Below, piece after piece: positions 13,237 to 27,332 of a stretch of 64,000 nucleotides of DNA; position 1 is the first letter of the stretch; each line of letters opens with the position of its first letter. The notes under the pieces are model-generated. The model was not told the origin of the DNA, ran no database searches, and was given only the letters and a program-made list of their open reading frames with translations. Location: contig OX597821.1 in the NCBI GenBank assembly GCA_951406725.2, positions 47,864,001-47,928,000 of the forward strand, written 5' to 3'. The DNA is from Octopus vulgaris. Its lineage: Eukaryota. The position numbers and the translations under genes are program-made.

Positions 13237-14491
13237 TTAGGTTGTCAAGTATGAAGTTTGTAGTAACGTATATGGTAAACTCTGACAGCTTCTCATTTTG
13301 CACCATTATTATATCTTGATAATCTTTATTTTTTGTTAGAAAGCTGAAACATCTATTTCTTTATTCTAACTCATTTTGCACTTTATAAAATATTTGTATA
13401 CCGTTTTTTGCTATTTTAGATTAGAGATGGATAAGTCAGAAATTCGTACAGTTTTGAAATATGAGTTCTTTCTTGGAAATATGGAATCACAGACAGCTCA
13501 GAAGTATTTCATTCTAATGTTATTACACAGCAAATAGTATCAAATTGGTTTGCAAAATTTCATTCTGGTAACTTTGACCTCACAAATGAGCAATGTGGTC
13601 AACCAGAAACAAAGGTGGATAATGACAAACTGAAAGCCACCATCGAGCCAGATCCATCTCAAAGTGGCTGTGAATTATCGTTGTTAGCAAGCAAACAATA
13701 TTGACTTACCTAGTTAGTAAAGTGTGAAATTTGGATAAATGGGTTCCACATGAACTCAATGAAAGTCAGAAATAGCATCGTTTAGAAGCCTGCTACTTCC
13801 TTGTCACAAAAATGAATCATTTTTGAAGCAAATTGTAACATGTGATGAGAAATGGATCCAATACAACAACCATAAATGTTCAGCATAATGGTTGGACAAA
13901 GATGAGCCACCAAAACACAGTCCAAAAACAAAGTTCATCAAAAGAAGCTGATGGTAAGTGTTTGGTGGTCTGGCACAGGTGAGATACATCAATATTTCGT
14001 TAACCCTGGCTCATCAGTTATGGCTGAAGTATATTGTGCAAACTGGTCCAAATGTTGCAGAAACTCACAAAAAAACCAGCCTAGATTAGGCCACAGATCC
14101 ACTCCTATTTTCATGCAAGACAACGCCAGACCATATCGTGAAAATGACATTGGCGAAACTACAGGAGTTGGAGTTGGAAATTCTCCATTATCCACCATAC
14201 ACACCTCATCTTGCCACACTGACTACCATACCTTTCCAGAATTTGGATAACTTTTTTATAGGAGATAAGAATTTAATTCCGACAATGCTGTAAAACAGGC
14301 CTTCAAGGATTTTATTGACTCTAGATTGCCAGGCTTTTATAGTTCCAGGCTGGACAAGCTACCTCTGAAAAGGCAAAAGTGTATTGACAATATAGGTGCA
14401 TACTTTGCCGAATAAAACTATTCCTAGTATTTATAGAACATTGGCAAACTTCTTTTCTTTTCTATGATGTTTTTCATACTTGAAGCCCTAA
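13237..14491 (+). mobile_element. Full-length degraded mariner element
   Basis: TIRs TTAGGTTGTCAAGTATGAA / TTCATACTTGAAGCCCTAA (16/19 match), TA on both sides; transposase 13427-14415 with KWVPHEL, IVTCDEKW, QDNARP and TDYH, disrupted. Confidence 0.95.
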
Positions 14492-16600
14492 TACATTATA
14501 TACATATACACAGAAATGCATGAGTGTGTGTGTGCATTTGTATCTATCTGTATACATAGATTGGCAGATTGATAGATAGATAGATAAGTAGATAGATATA
14601 TAGATAGATAGATAGATGGATGGATAAATAGAAGAAGGGAGTGGGAGAGAGAGAAAAATAAGTAATGTGTTGATATACTTAAATACAGCAATAATACTTC
14701 TTACATTGTCAAGTATTTAGTTGCTTATTTGTTCACTTGTTCTACACTGTGTTTTTTGTTTTTGTTGTAAGTGGTATAAGCTTCCTACTTTGTACATAAC
14801 TGAAGCTATCTTCTGCACAATACACATGCATACACACACACACACATGCACACACACACATACATACATACATACATACTTACATACATTCATACGTGTA
14901 TGTGTATGTATATATATACACATATATGTGTATGTATGTATGCATGTATGTATGTATGTATATAGATATATGTGTATGTTTGTGTATGTGTGTATATATA
15001 TGTATAATTTAATTTGGTGAGCTGGAACAAAACACTGGCAGAGACTCTGAAGTTGATCAAGCATGAACAGGCTTCAGCTATATTTCAATGTTACTATTGA
15101 TGTACACACACACACAGACACAGACACAGACACATATGCACACACACAGACACACACGCACATGCACACACACACACACACGCACACACACACAAGTGTA
15201 TGGCAGGGAACCAGAATGGTTTTTAAAATGGTTGTAAGCTCACTGACAGGGATGAGAAATCACATATTCAGTGCCATTGAACAACACACATGATACCATT
15301 TTAGAAGCCATAAAGCTGTGAAGTGAACATCATGCTTTTGTGATTGTGAAATGTTTAAAAATAGTGACTTGGTCACTGAAATACAGTAAAATTTTTATTT
15401 GCTTTTTATCTAGGTCACAATAGAATATTGTTATAAAAAGGAAACCATCAGGATATGTACGGACTGTGTGAACACTGGGGAATACTGAAGCTATTAAGTA
15501 GGCAACGGGGAACACTCCTTGTCATTTGGCATTAAGGTTGGCACTTTAGTAAATATTTCAGTTTGTAGTTTGCAAAAGATGTTGCACCTTGATTTAAATT
15601 TCCACTGTTATGGTATTATGATAGTATACAAAATTTATCAACTTGAGGAAGAGAGAAAATGTTTGCAGACAACATACAATGTAGACCAATAAAATGATTC
15701 CTCATATGAATGACAAGCAGGTTTTTCTTCCATCTTCTTGTAAAATGAGAAATTTTCTGCTATTGGTTGGGCAGCAGACTATGAAGTGTCTCCTTCACTG
15801 AGAATGTCTAACAGTTTACTGTTGTGTGGCAAAGTTTGACGTGATAGGTGTATATTTCTCTAAAGAAAGCAGAATATAATTACAGGGAATTCTGATTGCT
15901 AAGTGCTTATGTTACATGACTTACTTTTCTCAGAACAAACCAGACATGACATTTATGCAAAATGTATGTTTTCAACAAGGTAGACTAATGATCCATGAAG
16001 TAAGAGCTTTCATAAATATTCTTTTCTACTCGAGGCACAAGGCCCGAAATTTTGGGGAAGAGGACCAGTCAATTAGATCAACCTCAGTACACAACAAGTA
16101 CTTAATTTATCAACCCCGAAAGGGTGAAAGGCAAAGTCAACCTCAGAGCTTTCATAAATATTGTTCAAGAGATGTTTAGCGAACGAATCATATTCTAGTT
16201 GGGCAACATATTGTGACTTGTTTGACCACCTGGCCTTTCAGGTAGTGAAGGTACGTTTTGGGTTACACTAAAGGGAAACTACTTGTTAATAAACCACATA
16301 TACATTGGATGAACTGAAAGCTGTTCTTCATTAGAAAAATTACATCCTTGCCACAAGAGATGGTGTAACATGTAGACATTCTAGGTTACAAGTTTATGTA
16401 TGAAATAATGGGAAGTATTTGCATAACACCATTTTGAATTGTAAATTAACAGCTGCTTAAGTGTTTCACAGTGTTCTGTACATTTAGGTGATAAAAATTG
16501 CTAATATTCTATATTTGCAAACACTGTACTCATTTACAAACCATAAGATTTACAGCAATTAGTACCTTCTACATACAGCCACATATGTGTGAGTGTGAAA

Positions 16601-16601
<1 letters not shown>

Positions 16602-16635
<34 letters not shown>

Positions 16636-16682
16636 ACTCTGTGTGTGTGTGTGTGCGCGCGACTCTGTGTGTGTGTGTGTGT

Positions 16683-16750
<68 letters not shown>
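16602..16750. repeat. (GT)n microsatellite
   Basis: Read directly from the sequence. Confidence 0.97.
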
Positions 16751-16752
<2 letters not shown>

Positions 16753-17380
16753 GCTTGCATGCATGCATTATCATAATTTTTAAATCTACTTTCTATGCTG
16801 GCACGAGATGATGGTTTGGCTGAAACCAACAGTTTGGAGGATCGCATCTTACTCAAGTGCCTCTCTTTGGCACAGTTTCAGCAGGTAGATGTCCTTCCTA
16901 AAGCCAGTGAATACAGGGTACTTTTTTCCATGGCAGCAGTACCATTAAAGTTGACATGTAGCTCACAACTTCCATATATAAACACACACACACATACCCA
17001 TACACCCACACACACCCCACACACACTCAACCTTTTTCTATTCTATTGTTTCTATTGCTGTTGCTGTCTTCCATAGAGGTGTATTTACACAATAGTACCA
17101 ATTAGCAGCAATAACAGGAACTGAAGTTTTATTGAAATCAAGTCAGTTTTATCATTTCAGAAGCTATTAAAACCATAATTGTTCATTTTAAAATAAAATA
17201 ATAGGAAAATGTGTCTTTTTTGTGAATAATTAGCTGTCAGCTGTCACAGTTCAAATGAATAAAAAACAATTAGGAAATGTTTTAGTGCTGTTTTTGTTTT
17301 CTGCTTTAATAATTAGTACAGAAAAAAAAAGTGAAACCTTGTGTAAAAGTATAACTTATATACTGAATGTAAATTTCTAT

Positions 17381-17820
<440 letters not shown>

Positions 17821-17993
17821 GTAATGGTGATAGTTTTGCATAGTCCACAAAAAATGATTCTGAAATTTTTGTTGAACGACCTACACAAATGATTTGTTTA
17901 GAGTGATCAAGTGTATGTGCTGTACTTTAAAATAAAACATAATATTTTCTTTTTTCAGTTTCAGCTCAGAGCTGCAGCATGCTGGGACACTAC

Positions 17994-18024
<31 letters not shown>

Positions 18025-18027
<3 letters not shown>

Positions 18028-18213
18028 AGAGTTTATGGAAAAAACAAAAGACGAATACAGGTGGTGTACAAAACAAACAGATGTATTAGTATAATGCTCA
18101 GGAATAGAAAAAAGTCTTTTACGTTTTGAGCCTACGCTCTTCTACAGAAAGGGACACAGAAAAAAACAAGGAGAGAAAAAACATGTGTGTAGTGGCTAAT
18201 GATCTATCATGGT

Positions 18214-18216
<3 letters not shown>
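18025..18216 (-). mobile_element. Short PLE-like terminal element in (TA)n with a hammerhead-like motif (18116-18151)
   Basis: Flanked by (TA)n on both sides; close inverted homologue of 42173-42347. Minus strand: CUUU CUGUAGA A GAGC GUAG GCUC AAAA C GUA AAAG. Confidence 0.75.
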
Positions 18217-18251
<35 letters not shown>

Positions 18252-18597
18252 TATATATTACTTGTTGCAGTCATTAGGCTATGGCCATACTGAAGCACTG
18301 CCTTGAAAGGTTTAGTTGAAGAAATTGACCTCACTACTCAAGTCTGTTACTTAATCTATCAGTTTCTTTTGTCATACAGTTAAATTACGGTAATATAAAA
18401 ATATAAACAAACCAACACTGGTTGTCAAGCGGTGGGGAGGGGGACAAACACAAACACAAATAAAGATACATATATATGCATCAGTATATGTATATATATA
18501 TATATATATATCGTCCAACCCATGCTAGCATGGAAAACGGACGCTAAACAATGATGATGATGATGATGATGATTGTAAACAAACCTATAGGTAGCGA

Positions 18598-19330
18598 ATC
18601 ATCATCATCGTTTAACGTCCACTTTCCATGCTAGCATGGTTGGACGATTTGACTGAGGTCTGATGAACCAGATGGCTGCACCAGGCTCCAATCTGATCTG
18701 GCAGAGTTTCTACTGCTGGATGTCCTTCCTAATGCCAACCACTCCGAGATTGTAGTGTGTGCTTTTACGTGCCACCGGCACAAGGGCCAATTAGGCGGTA
18801 CTGGCAGCAGCCACACTCAAATGGTGCTTTTTATGCACCACCTGCACATGAGTGAGTCCAGCAGCACTGTCAATGACCTCGCTCGAATGTCTTTTTCACG
18901 TGCCACCAGCACATGTGCCAGTAAGGTGTGAAATAATGGAATTCTCTTCACAGCCATCCTACTTTTGAGAGTTCCATTATTTTCTGTATGCATGCATGTG
19001 TATATTTATATATATATATCATTCATTCATTTAATGTCCATTTTCCATTCTAGCATGGGCTTGATGGTTTGACCGGGGTCTGGGAAGCCAGGAGGCTGCA
19101 CCAGGCTCCAGTCTGATCTGGTGGTATTTCTACAGCTGGATGCCCTTCCTAACACCAACAACTCCGTGAGTGTAGTGGGTGCTTTTTACTTGCCAGGAGA
19201 GGCTGGCAGCGGTCACAATTGGTTGGTGCTTTTTACATGCTACCGGCAAAGAAGCCAGTCAAGGCAGCACTGGCATCGGCCATGTTTGGATGGTGCTTTT
19301 TACGTTTCACCAGCACAGGTATCACAACTA
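18598..19330 (-). mobile_element. Two family-B 3' ends with internal short tandem units
   Basis: Copies at 18598-18925 and 19025-19330; repeated GTGCTTTTTACGTGCCACC(G/A)GCAC units. Confidence 0.8.
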
Positions 19331-20263
19331 CAATTTCCATTTGATTTTTTATTTTGATGTTGATGTACTTGACTCATATATATATATATATATATATATG
19401 CTGAACTTCCACACAGTTTCTACCTACCAAATTCATTCACAATGTATTGGTCACCCCAGGGCTATTGTAGAAGTTACTCACCCAAGGTGTCACACAGTGG
19501 GATTAAACTTGAAACCCCATGGCTGGAAAGCAAGTTCCTTAACCACACAGCTTATTTATTTACATAACAGGAAAAAAACAAGAGTTTATTATATCTCAAT
19601 AGATCTTTTTATAAATATGAGTTTCAAACGATTAGTTTAGCCAAGTACCTCATCAAAGTGCTTAATGAGGCTGAACACTCCAATGAAATGACACATCAGT
19701 CAATGACATATAAAGAAAGGGCATATATTGCAAAATGATCAAATTCATAATGTTTTTCTTCCTGTGTTATCTTCTCTCTATCATCTGTAACATAATTTAG
19801 GGAAATCAATAACATATAGTAAAGTAAAAAAAATGTAGTTTTGGTGATAATGTACAAAACTTCCCATCTTACTAATAATGTAATAAGCTTTTATTAAGGA
19901 TAATGACATTGGTAATGTTTGTATGTAAATATATTGTATCTAACATAAGCATCAGACTTTCATTTGTGAATTACATGTTATAATAAAAATATATTTGTAT
20001 ATTTTAATCACTAAAATAGGGTGTTTTGAGCATTAGATAATATTTGAATAATGTCCAGAGGGTCAATTATGCTGTTTATTGGATATAAATTCCTATAAAG
20101 TTTGACTGACATCTAAAATGAATGATTTGTATCTAAACAAATGTTTGTCTATAAATAATGCAAAATAAAACAGAGAGGAATGTTTTAGAACAGTGCGAAC
20201 AGTAAAGCCAAAAATTAGGAGTTAAAACCTGAAATGTTGGGTCTCCCAAGAATGTTAAGAATT

Positions 20264-20491
20264 TTAACCCTTTAGCATTCAAATTACTCTGTAAAATGTA
20301 ATGCTTATTTATTCACATTGCTTTGACTTAATCATGTATTCTCTCATAGCTTAAAGATTTTGATGATGTGATTAGTTATTGTGAGAATGACAATGTAGGG
20401 TAGGTTTGAGGGGCCAGATCAGGTCAGTTTGAAGATAAAACAAGCAGAATATGTGGGCTGGATATAGACAGATTAAATGCTAGATTGCTAA
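20264..20491. mobile_element. Possible piggyBac-type MITE
   Basis: Left end TTAA-CCCTTTAGCATT; degenerate right end AATGCTAGATTG-CTAA. Confidence 0.4.
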
Positions 20492-20739
20492 GTTCATATT
20501 CCAATTTAGATATGTCATTCATATTTTCACTGCCCACAGATGTACAGAAAGGGCTTCTATATCATCATCACTATCTATTATATTTCTCCCTCTCTTTTCT
20601 TCCTCCCCTCATCATGAACCCTATGGATACATATCCAGTCAGATGAAATGAGGCAATACATGTTTGAACACCACACCTATCTCACCCACCATCAGCTAGT
20701 TTTGACAATATAGGTGCAGCTGGCATTAATAGATTAAAA

Positions 20740-21690
20740 CACTTCTCCGTGGAATAAATAAAAATATACAATTCACTATGGAATAACCAATTCCTGTTTT
20801 TAGGCATCCCAATAAAGAAAGTCAACAACCAAATAGCGACAAACATTGATTATAAATCTATGGACTCCAAATAATATCTTCCATTCAATTCATGCTATCT
20901 GACATGCCTGAATAAATGTCCCTTATAAGTTAGCCAAAAGGATCTACACGTTAATATTTGATGCAAACATTTGTGATATTAAGAACTAAAGGATACACTG
21001 CATGACAGGAATTACCCACCATCCTTAATCGATAATGAAGTACAATGAACCAAGAAAAAAAATCAGTATATAGGAAGTAAGACAAACCAAATAAAGAAAT
21101 GTATCAGAAGTGAAAGTTCTACCATAAATTTCCAGCCTACAATTCCCAAAATAATGAGGATTAAAGCATCATATTCCAATACACAGTATCAGTGGAAAAA
21201 GGACCCCAGGCTGAATCAAATCCTTCCAACATATACCATCATAAAGAACAAAAGACAAACCAAAACATTGAAACAATACTAGCAAGGTCAATTTTCATAC
21301 AATAACAACAGGACCAACAGTAACAAAATGCAGAAGACCCAACTGTCATATAGGTTTTAATCTAACAGAAGGATTGGTGATTCATTTCAAAGAGGGACAA
21401 ATTTCCTTAATGAAAAATAACTTACCGGTACATGTGGAAACTAATCCATGCAATTACATACTCAATATATGGAGAGAATTACATAGGATAACCAAAGTAC
21501 CCTGAAGACAATGCATGACTTTGGATAGATCACAAATTAAAATACAGAAATACAAACAAATGGGGAACTTAAAGACACATCTAGAGGTAAGAAAAAACCA
21601 AATTTGACAATTTTCTCCTACATCAATTACATGTCATAACAATAATGCAACAACAAAGAAACAACTTGCATAACCAAATGCTGAACACTT
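20740..21690 (+). pseudogene. Penelope-like element RT thumb and GIY-YIG relic
   Basis: INKNIQFTME, FLGI, DYKSMDSK*YLPFNSC, NVPYKLAKRI, RNYP, then NLIHAITYSIYGENYIG. Confidence 0.85.
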
Positions 21691-22224
21691 CTAAATAACT
21701 GTAAGAGGGAAGAGGAAAAGACAACTATTGTAGCTCCTATAGCAACTTTTTGATAAAGCTGCCACTACTGCTGCAACTATTAGTTAGACTGATGCAACCA
21801 CTGCCATGACTACAGCAGTCACAATCATTGCTGCTGTAGTGACTACTGACTACTGACTACTGACTACTATTAACCTTAATGAGAAAGGACTGCTGCCACT
21901 GCTTGAATTGTTAACGACTACCATGGCCCAATAGCAACCAGAAGGAAACAAAATTACGGCACTCTGGGATTTTTGCAAGGAAATCGTGTGAACTTCCAAA
22001 CTGATGCCATAAAAAATTAATTTAATTTCAATATAGTTTCCCTTTTATTCCAGTATGATTAAATTATCTTATAATGCAATTGAAACCAGCAGCATATTTT
22101 GACAGAAATGTAAATACCTTCTTTCTTTTATCCATGATAAAGTTCTCATAGCATTTTTCTTTTTCTTTTCTCTTTCTCTCTCCCCTCTTCCCCCTCTCTC
22201 TCTTTAAATGTTAACTACTGTTAT

Positions 22225-22420
22225 AGCCCAATAACAGTAAATGTAGTTATGCATGTTGACATGACCTGACAACTTGAAACAGGTCTCATCCAACCAAACA
22301 ACCTTGTCAATGAATTGTGAGCTTTCACGAATCCCATGGAGCATGATTTCTGTGATTTGCATTTGAGGATATGGATAATTTAATAGGAGGATATGTTAAC
22401 CTTGTGAAGTGATGGCTAGT
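22225..22420 (-). pseudogene. Tc1/mariner superfamily (rosa/DD41D-like) transposase fragment
   Basis: Minus strand FIDKVVWLDETCFKLSGHVNMHNYIY, cf. WSDEAxFxLxGxVNxxN. Confidence 0.7.
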
Positions 22421-22627
22421 ATTTCCAAGGAAATACTAGTTCAAAACCTAGTACTGCTGGGAAATGAAATTGCCTTAGAACAATAGCTATATATTAAGCA
22501 TATAATTTATATCCATTTAAAAGAAGAAAAGAAAATGGAGATAAGGAAGTTAACAATTATTTATTATTAACAAATTGGTCTACTGAAATGAATTGATAAG
22601 TCCACATATAACATACCAAGGTATGTC

Positions 22628-22729
22628 TTTTTTCTCTGATGAAATTATGCTCATGTCACATAAATGCAAATTTAATCTTCAAATTTATAATTTAATTATT
22701 GAGCATTAATTGAAACAGCTGTAAAAAGG
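22628..22729 (+). ncRNA. Type I hammerhead ribozyme with intact core and palindromic stem III
   Basis: CUGAUGA 22636-42; stem II AAUUAUGCUCA/UGAGCAUUAAUU closing a long loop; GAAA 22712-15; ACAGCUGU palindrome; GUA 22721-23; weak U/A-rich stem I. Confidence 0.75.
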
Positions 22730-22795
22730 AAGATGACCAATTTTCTAATAATAAATAATTGATAACTTTCTTATCTACATTTTCTTTTCTTCTTT

Positions 22796-22832
<37 letters not shown>

Positions 22833-22898
22833 TTGGAAATGGATGAGTGGTGTTCAATTAAGTAATAATAATAAATAATATATATATGTGTGTGTGTA

Positions 22899-22924
<26 letters not shown>

Positions 22925-22929
<5 letters not shown>

Positions 22930-24269
22930 GCATAGATGTGTACAGGATGTCACCAACTGTGTAAACAGCATAAAATACTTAGACGAGTTTAATATGTAAA
23001 TGAGAGAAAAAATGGAAAAAAGGACAGGTAACAGAGAAATGACCCTTCATCAGTTGTCTATCTACTCCTCCTTTCAAGCATTTAACGTCAATATAAGTCT
23101 TCAAAGACAGTCGCTCCCATAGATTCTAAAGAAAAATTTAGGATTTATGGCAGGTCAAAGTTGGGAACAAAAACAAGACAGTGGAGGAAGCTGAACAAAA
23201 ACAAACAAGGAAGGTCATTAGACCAGAACGATGAAAATAGTGAATGCTGGGAGAAATATTTTCTTTGAATTGAGAAAAGATAGATGAGAGAGAAAAAACG
23301 TCCTGTCTTTTGAACGTCCGTGCAGGAAAATAAAGATGATCACATGAGAAAAGGAAAGATGGACGATGGTCACGTGTGAGTGAGAGAGAGAGAAAAGAGA
23401 AAGAGGGGGAGAGAGAGACAGGCAGATAGAAAAGAAAACAGCAAAAGTGTGGAGGGGAGAAAAAGAGAATTAGAGAAGGATGGTGAAAGAAAACAGTATA
23501 GAGTAGAGTCGCATCAAAAAGGTGAAGATAAACTTACTTTGAAATGGATACGTAGCTTTCACTAAAATAATAATGATGAATAATGCATATATATATTATT
23601 TATTATTAGTTAATTGAACGCCATGCATCCATTTCCAAGTAAGTTTATGTTCACCTTTTTGATGCGACTCTACTCTATACTGTTTTTTCCTCCATCCTTC
23701 TTTAATCCCCTTTTTCTCCCCATCCCTCTTTCACCATTTTCTATCTGTCTGTCTCTCTCTCTCTCTCCCCTTCTTTCTCTTGTCTCTCTCTCATTGCTTG
23801 TGCGTGACCATCGTCTATCTTTCCTTCCTCACATGACCATCTTTATTTTCCTGCACGGACATTCAAAGAACAGGACGTTTTTCTCTCTCTCTTCTATCTT
23901 TTCTCTTTTCAAAGAAAATATTTCTACCAGCGTTCACTAGTTTCCTCTCATTCTTGTCTAACGACCCTCCATGTTTTTTTCATTCGGTTTCCTTCTATGT
24001 CTCTATTGTCCTGTTTTTGTTCCCAACTTTGACTCACCATAAATCCTACATTTTTTTTCGAACTTATGGGCGCAACTGATTTTGAAGACTCATATTGTCT
24101 TTGAATGCTCAAAATGAGGAGTAGATTGATAGCCGACAACTGATGAAGTGTCATTTCCCTGTTTACTTGTCCTGTTTTCCACTTTTTCTCTTGTTTACAT
24201 ATTTAACTTGTCTATGTATTTCATGTTGTTTATATAGTTGGTAATATCCTGTACCCATATATGCATATA
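22925..24269. repeat. Large imperfect palindrome, ~660-bp arms
   Basis: For example GTAGAGTCGCATCAAAAAGGTGAA vs TTCACCTTTTTGATGCGACTCTAC; arms are colinear out to TA-rich outer ends; centre near 23590. Confidence 0.95.
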
Positions 24270-25370
24270 CACAGACATGCAGGAAGTAAATAGACACCTT
24301 TAATTTTCAAAATCTTTTATTTAATACACAAAGCAAGCAATTGAAATGTAATCGATAGGTAGGACTACATACTTTAGTATTTAGTTGACATTCCCTTTGC
24401 AGTTATTAATTCAGAAACTCTTTTTGGCATTGAAATGATGAGCTTTGTGATTGTCTCTTGTGGAATTTCTGCCCACTTTTCACGCAACAATCGAAACAAT
24501 TCATCTTTAGATTTAAGTTTCTATTGAGTTTTCCATATAGTTCTATCTAGTATGCTCCAAAGATTTTCAATTGGGTTCGTGTCAGGAGATTGGCTCGGCC
24601 AAGGAGGCTTTTTGATCCCATTTCCAGTCAGTCATTGTTGATTCCTTTTCGCTGTTGGCATGGAGCCCCATCTTCCAGGAATAAAAACTCCGTTTCCGTT
24701 ATATTATCATGTGAATACATCGGAAGTAGTCTGTGCTTAAGTATTTCAATGTATTTTTCAGAGTTTATGGTTCCAACACAGTCGATCAGCTCAGAATGAC
24801 CATTGCTGGCGATTACTCCCCATACCATTACAGAGATACCACTACGTTTCACAGTTGGTTGGAGTCAAATTCTTGATTGGGAAGCCTCCAGACCCAAACA
24901 CGTCCACTGTCTGAAAATAATGCAAATCTAGATTCATTTGAGAAAATCACTCTATCCCAAAATGAACTGGATTTTCCTGACATCTCCTTGGCCCATTTCT
25001 TTCTTTTCATGATACTAATTGGTTGAAGGAGAGGTTTTCTTCTAGCTGCTCATCCATAATACCCAAGCTGATGTAAATATGTAACACACATTCTTGGACT
25101 AACTTCTAGCTGTTTTGCAATGTCAGAAGTCTTTGAACGGAGTTCATTTTCCACTATGCTCTTCAGATAGCAAAGCTTCCTTTCCGAGGGCCCAGGCCAG
25201 CCAGGACAAGAATCTGTTGATTCTTTTCCTTGACTTTTGAATTGCACTATAATTCTATTAACAGTAGCAAGAGGAACTTGAAGATTTTCGACAATTTTTC
25301 ACTGGCTAAGTCCAGCCTCAGATTGCCCAACAATATGACCTCTGCCAAATTTGCTACATAGTATAATGAA
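24270..25370 (-). mobile_element. Degraded Tc1-like element
   Basis: [28 protein letters not shown] and WPSQSPDTNPIENLW; TIR-like end TA-CACAGACATGCAGGAAG at 24268; second TIR not found. Confidence 0.9.
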
Positions 25371-27026
25371 TTAAAAATCAAAGATTATAAATTTAAAACA
25401 TGTATAGAATGTGTATTTTTGTTCCGCAATAGAAAAAATAGGGGATAATTGACAAACTGATGATATGATCTGATTGATTTTGTTCAAAGTATTGCATGCT
25501 TACTACAAACATTTTCAAAAATACAGAAAGCTCTAGTGACAGGACAATAAAGGGGGTTATAAAGGTAAAAAGAAATTCCCAACATCAAAACCAACAACCA
25601 CATCTCATCCACTGACCTTCAATGCCTCATCATGAATATTAACAGAATTAATTTCATCTAATCACACTTAGCAATATGAGAATCAGGTGTTATGGACAAA
25701 CTTTTATTTGACTGAAACATAAAACATAAAACAAAAGTTTAGCATATTTTGATAGAGAAACTATCTTATTATTTTCAACTTTCAGGTGATTTTATATCGT
25801 TTCTGAGACAGCAACAGATTTCATATCAATGATGACATCAAGCTCTACTGTCTCATGTGGAAAGGATTACAGACGATAAGCAAATAAAACATTATCGTTG
25901 AGATTAATACGTTACATTCAGTTTTCATTATAATCCTCTTTATTATAAAAAATCTATTCTCTTTCAATTTCATTCATTGTATTTACTTTGTTACTTTTTG
26001 TAAAGACTGTATGTATTCTCTTTTTCACAAGATATCTTGTTTCGCTTCAATATTATATTTTTTTCTCTGCTATCTGTAAAATCAAAGACAATCTATTAGA
26101 CCTTGAACAAGGACAGTGATATGAATAGGGAGTAACATGGGAATATAATGAAAAGAAGGAAAATAAACATTTGAAAAGCTTAGCAAATACTATTAATGGA
26201 GCCGCATTAACCTTCATACAACTGGCTTTGGATAATAAATCATCCACAAGAGAATGTTATAGACATGTCATTGATTTTGAGGATAGTAGGCAGAATATAA
26301 CAGTATCAATTCATCATTTTATGTAAATATCAGGGCTTGATCCAAATTGAAATGCTAACAGTTCCTCATGCTGCTTCCATCAGTAAAATCATCAGAACCA
26401 ATGGAGCAAGAATTAATGGTACAATTGATGACAATCTTATCGAATCTAATGCCATGGGTTATATAAGATCTTAATAAAAATATTTCATCACAGGTATAGA
26501 GTTACTCCCATGTTAGTTTCTTTACACGAGGAGTTCTTCAATCCAGTATTGTTACTGAATCAAATACACATTAGCTAAATAATGTCTTTGTTCATTATAG
26601 CAGTGAACACAAGCTGACCATGGCACCTATTTAGATAGGAAAACTGAACAGTGTAGAGTAAATTGTCTTTGTCAAGGTATGTTTCACTGTTACAGGAGGG
26701 TAAATAGGAAAGTGGTCATGGCAGTGGACAAGCTATATTTGGATACTGAGTTCAAATCCACTGCAAATATTTTAGGGTGTATTTAAGAATTATACTTAAT
26801 TTGCATGCTCCTGTCTTTATATATATCTACCAGGAATAGACTGGTGCTTCACCCAGAGCAGATCTAGATCTAATGATTAATATATATTTATGCTTAATAT
26901 TATGAAGCCAATGAAATTCCACATATACTAACACACACATACACATGCACGCGCGCGTGCACACACACACACACACACACATATGTATATTACATATACA
27001 CAGCTTGTATCACCATATCATAGTAA

Positions 27027-27332
27027 GTGGAGGCACATGGCCTAGTGGTTAGAGCAGCGGACTCGCGGTCAAGGGATCGCAGGTTCGAATCTCAGACCGG
27101 ACGATGTGTTTGTTTATGAGTGAAACACCTAAGCTCCATGCAGCTCTGGCAGAAGGTAATGGCAAACTTCTGCTGACTCTTTTGCCACAACTTTCTCTCA
27201 CTCTTTCCTCCTGCATCTTGCAGCTCACCTGCGACGGACTGGTGACCCGTCCAGGTGGGGAACCTATATGCCAAGAAACCAGGAAACTGGCCCTTATGAG
27301 CCAGGCATGGCCTGAGAAGGAACAAACAACAA
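27027..27332 (+). mobile_element. Full-length tRNA-derived SINE, family D
   Basis: A box TGGCCTAGTGG, B box GGTTCGAATC, (AACA)-type tail; TSD ATATCATAGTAA at 27015 and 27333. Confidence 0.93.

Noticed and set aside
15300-15800. Possible DNA transposase relic on the minus strand (AENF..Q, ILLYFSD)
   Set aside because: Motifs are too short and degraded to assign.
24075-24150. CUGAUGA and GAAA-like motifs in the large palindrome arms
   Set aside because: Could not be assembled into a consistent type I, II or III fold.
27027-27105. tRNA gene
   Set aside because: The A/B boxes belong to a SINE with body, tail and TSD.
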